DNA of 63,295 nucleotides, counting the filler, from Nemertoderma westbladi (taxonomy: Eukaryota; Animalia; Xenacoelomorpha): the NCBI GenBank assembly GCA_032718475.1. It is 4 parts of 4 records of this genome, joined end to end, with 100 filler letters (N's around TTAATTAATTAA, not from the genome) between each part and the next. Parts side by side here need not be neighbours in the genome. Positions count along the whole stretch, not along the records: positions 56,216 to 63,295 come from JAUCBJ010004346.1; 3 more parts are not named here. One strand, written 5' to 3'. Every line of letters starts with the position of its first letter. The stretch's first letter is position 1. Positions 62,071 through 63,295 of the stretch are shown here, one piece after another. The notes under the pieces are model-generated. The model saw only the letters and a list, made by a program, of their open reading frames with translations, ran no database searches and was not told where the DNA came from. The position numbers and the translations under genes were made by a program.

Positions 62071-63001
62071 CGATTACAGATATAGACCAATTTGGCCCGA
62101 ACTTAACAGTAAACTATAATAAGCTCACTGATTAATTGATATACCGGTATTTGAATAATATTTTGTTATAAAGATCCTGCGTTTTGAAACAAAACTAATT
62201 ATTGTACTAAAGTCAGACTAACAGCGTATTGCAACTGACATTACGTATGACATTACAGGTATAATAAATAATAATTTATATCGACTGATGTGGACCTATG
62301 TACGTAGTTGAATGCCATTCCTCCAGATAGGGGGGGGGGGGGGGGGGGGGGAACTGGACGCAATAAAAATGCATCCCTCTCCAGGGGAAATTCGACGCAA
62401 ATAACAGCTGATTACTCTCAAAAATAAAACTGTAACCTGTTCTATTGTGTTTAGTTTATTGTTTTGGTTAAAATAACGTGCCACTGTAACCTGCTCCTTT
62501 CCCTAAATTGAGAATTTAACATTGAGGCGGGATATTAATTCACCAAGGCGGGTTTTGCGTCCAGTTTCCCCCCTGTCTCCATTCCTCCTACCAAACCAAG
62601 CTATTTCAAGAACAAACACTGTTGCTACAAACTTACCTTGGAATAAAGTTGAGTTAAACTTTTCATTTTATCCCGTTTTTCTTTCTGAGTTGCGAGTTGT
62701 TGATAGAGGTGATTCCGGCGTACCAGAAGAAAAGTATTTTAATTAACAGAAATAGATTTGAATAAAAATAGGCAAAAACACACTGCGTCGCGGAGGTCTT
62801 TATAGAAAACCGGGGTCGCTAAATGAGTTTGATAATAAGTTGTTAGTGTGTCTGAAATATCTAATTATAATCATATCTAATATAGTCTAGACTTGGGTAG
62901 TTTGGTTGTTTAATTGTTGCTGACCTTTCTGTTGTCGGTTTAACTTTAATCTAATATTGTCTGGACTTGTTCGAATGCGTTCGATTTTTTGCAGCGTCCA
63001 G

Positions 63002-63070
63002 AGCACCTTGCTGCCCAGTCAACTGGACGAGTTCATGTGGCGCGAGTTGCACGACCTATTTGAAAACTGG
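63002..63070 (+). pseudogene. Merlin/IS1595-type transposase C-terminal remnant
   Basis: LLPSQLDEFMWRE resembles the L..YLDEFMWR motif of ISXO2/Merlin transposases; very short. Confidence 0.45.
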
Positions 63071-63295
63071 GACCACTGCAATTACAAACGTGCTCGCGCA
63101 TCTCAGTGTGTCGTATCCCACACCCTGACTCGTCTTACACCAACCCAAACGGCGCTTTTCAGGGCAATGTTATGCAGTTGGATAACTGCAGAACTGGGAC
63201 TAAATGTGAGGAGGGATTTATTTGGAATATAGTATGGTTTCCCCTCTATCACTGTGATGTGATGGAATGGAAAGATTATGTATATGTGTATATAT

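Overview
Eukaryotic (animal, probably invertebrate) genomic DNA in four contigs joined by 100-nt N/TTAATTAATTAA linkers. Four host genes can be reconstructed from splice signals and reading phase. They are a complete 3-exon DNA topoisomerase IB gene (+), a partial HMBOX1/HNF1-class POU-like + homeodomain gene (-) that the ORF track does not show as one gene, an intronless secreted protein with 9 WAP domains and CGGC repeats (-), and a partial RGS-C1-DH-PH RhoGEF (-). The rest is dense transposon debris: MULE-like foldback elements, MITEs, RTE LINEs, a dead Gypsy element, a Merlin fragment and many minisatellites. The most striking pattern is that in all three spliced genes one intron begins with a long tandem array whose unit is the gene's own exon end plus its 5' splice site (about 22, about 30 and over 100 donor copies). 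In the HMBOX1-like gene the unit is in frame (14 codons) and sits inside the POU-like helix-turn-helix. Most long ORFs in the supplied track are artefacts of these stop-free repeats.
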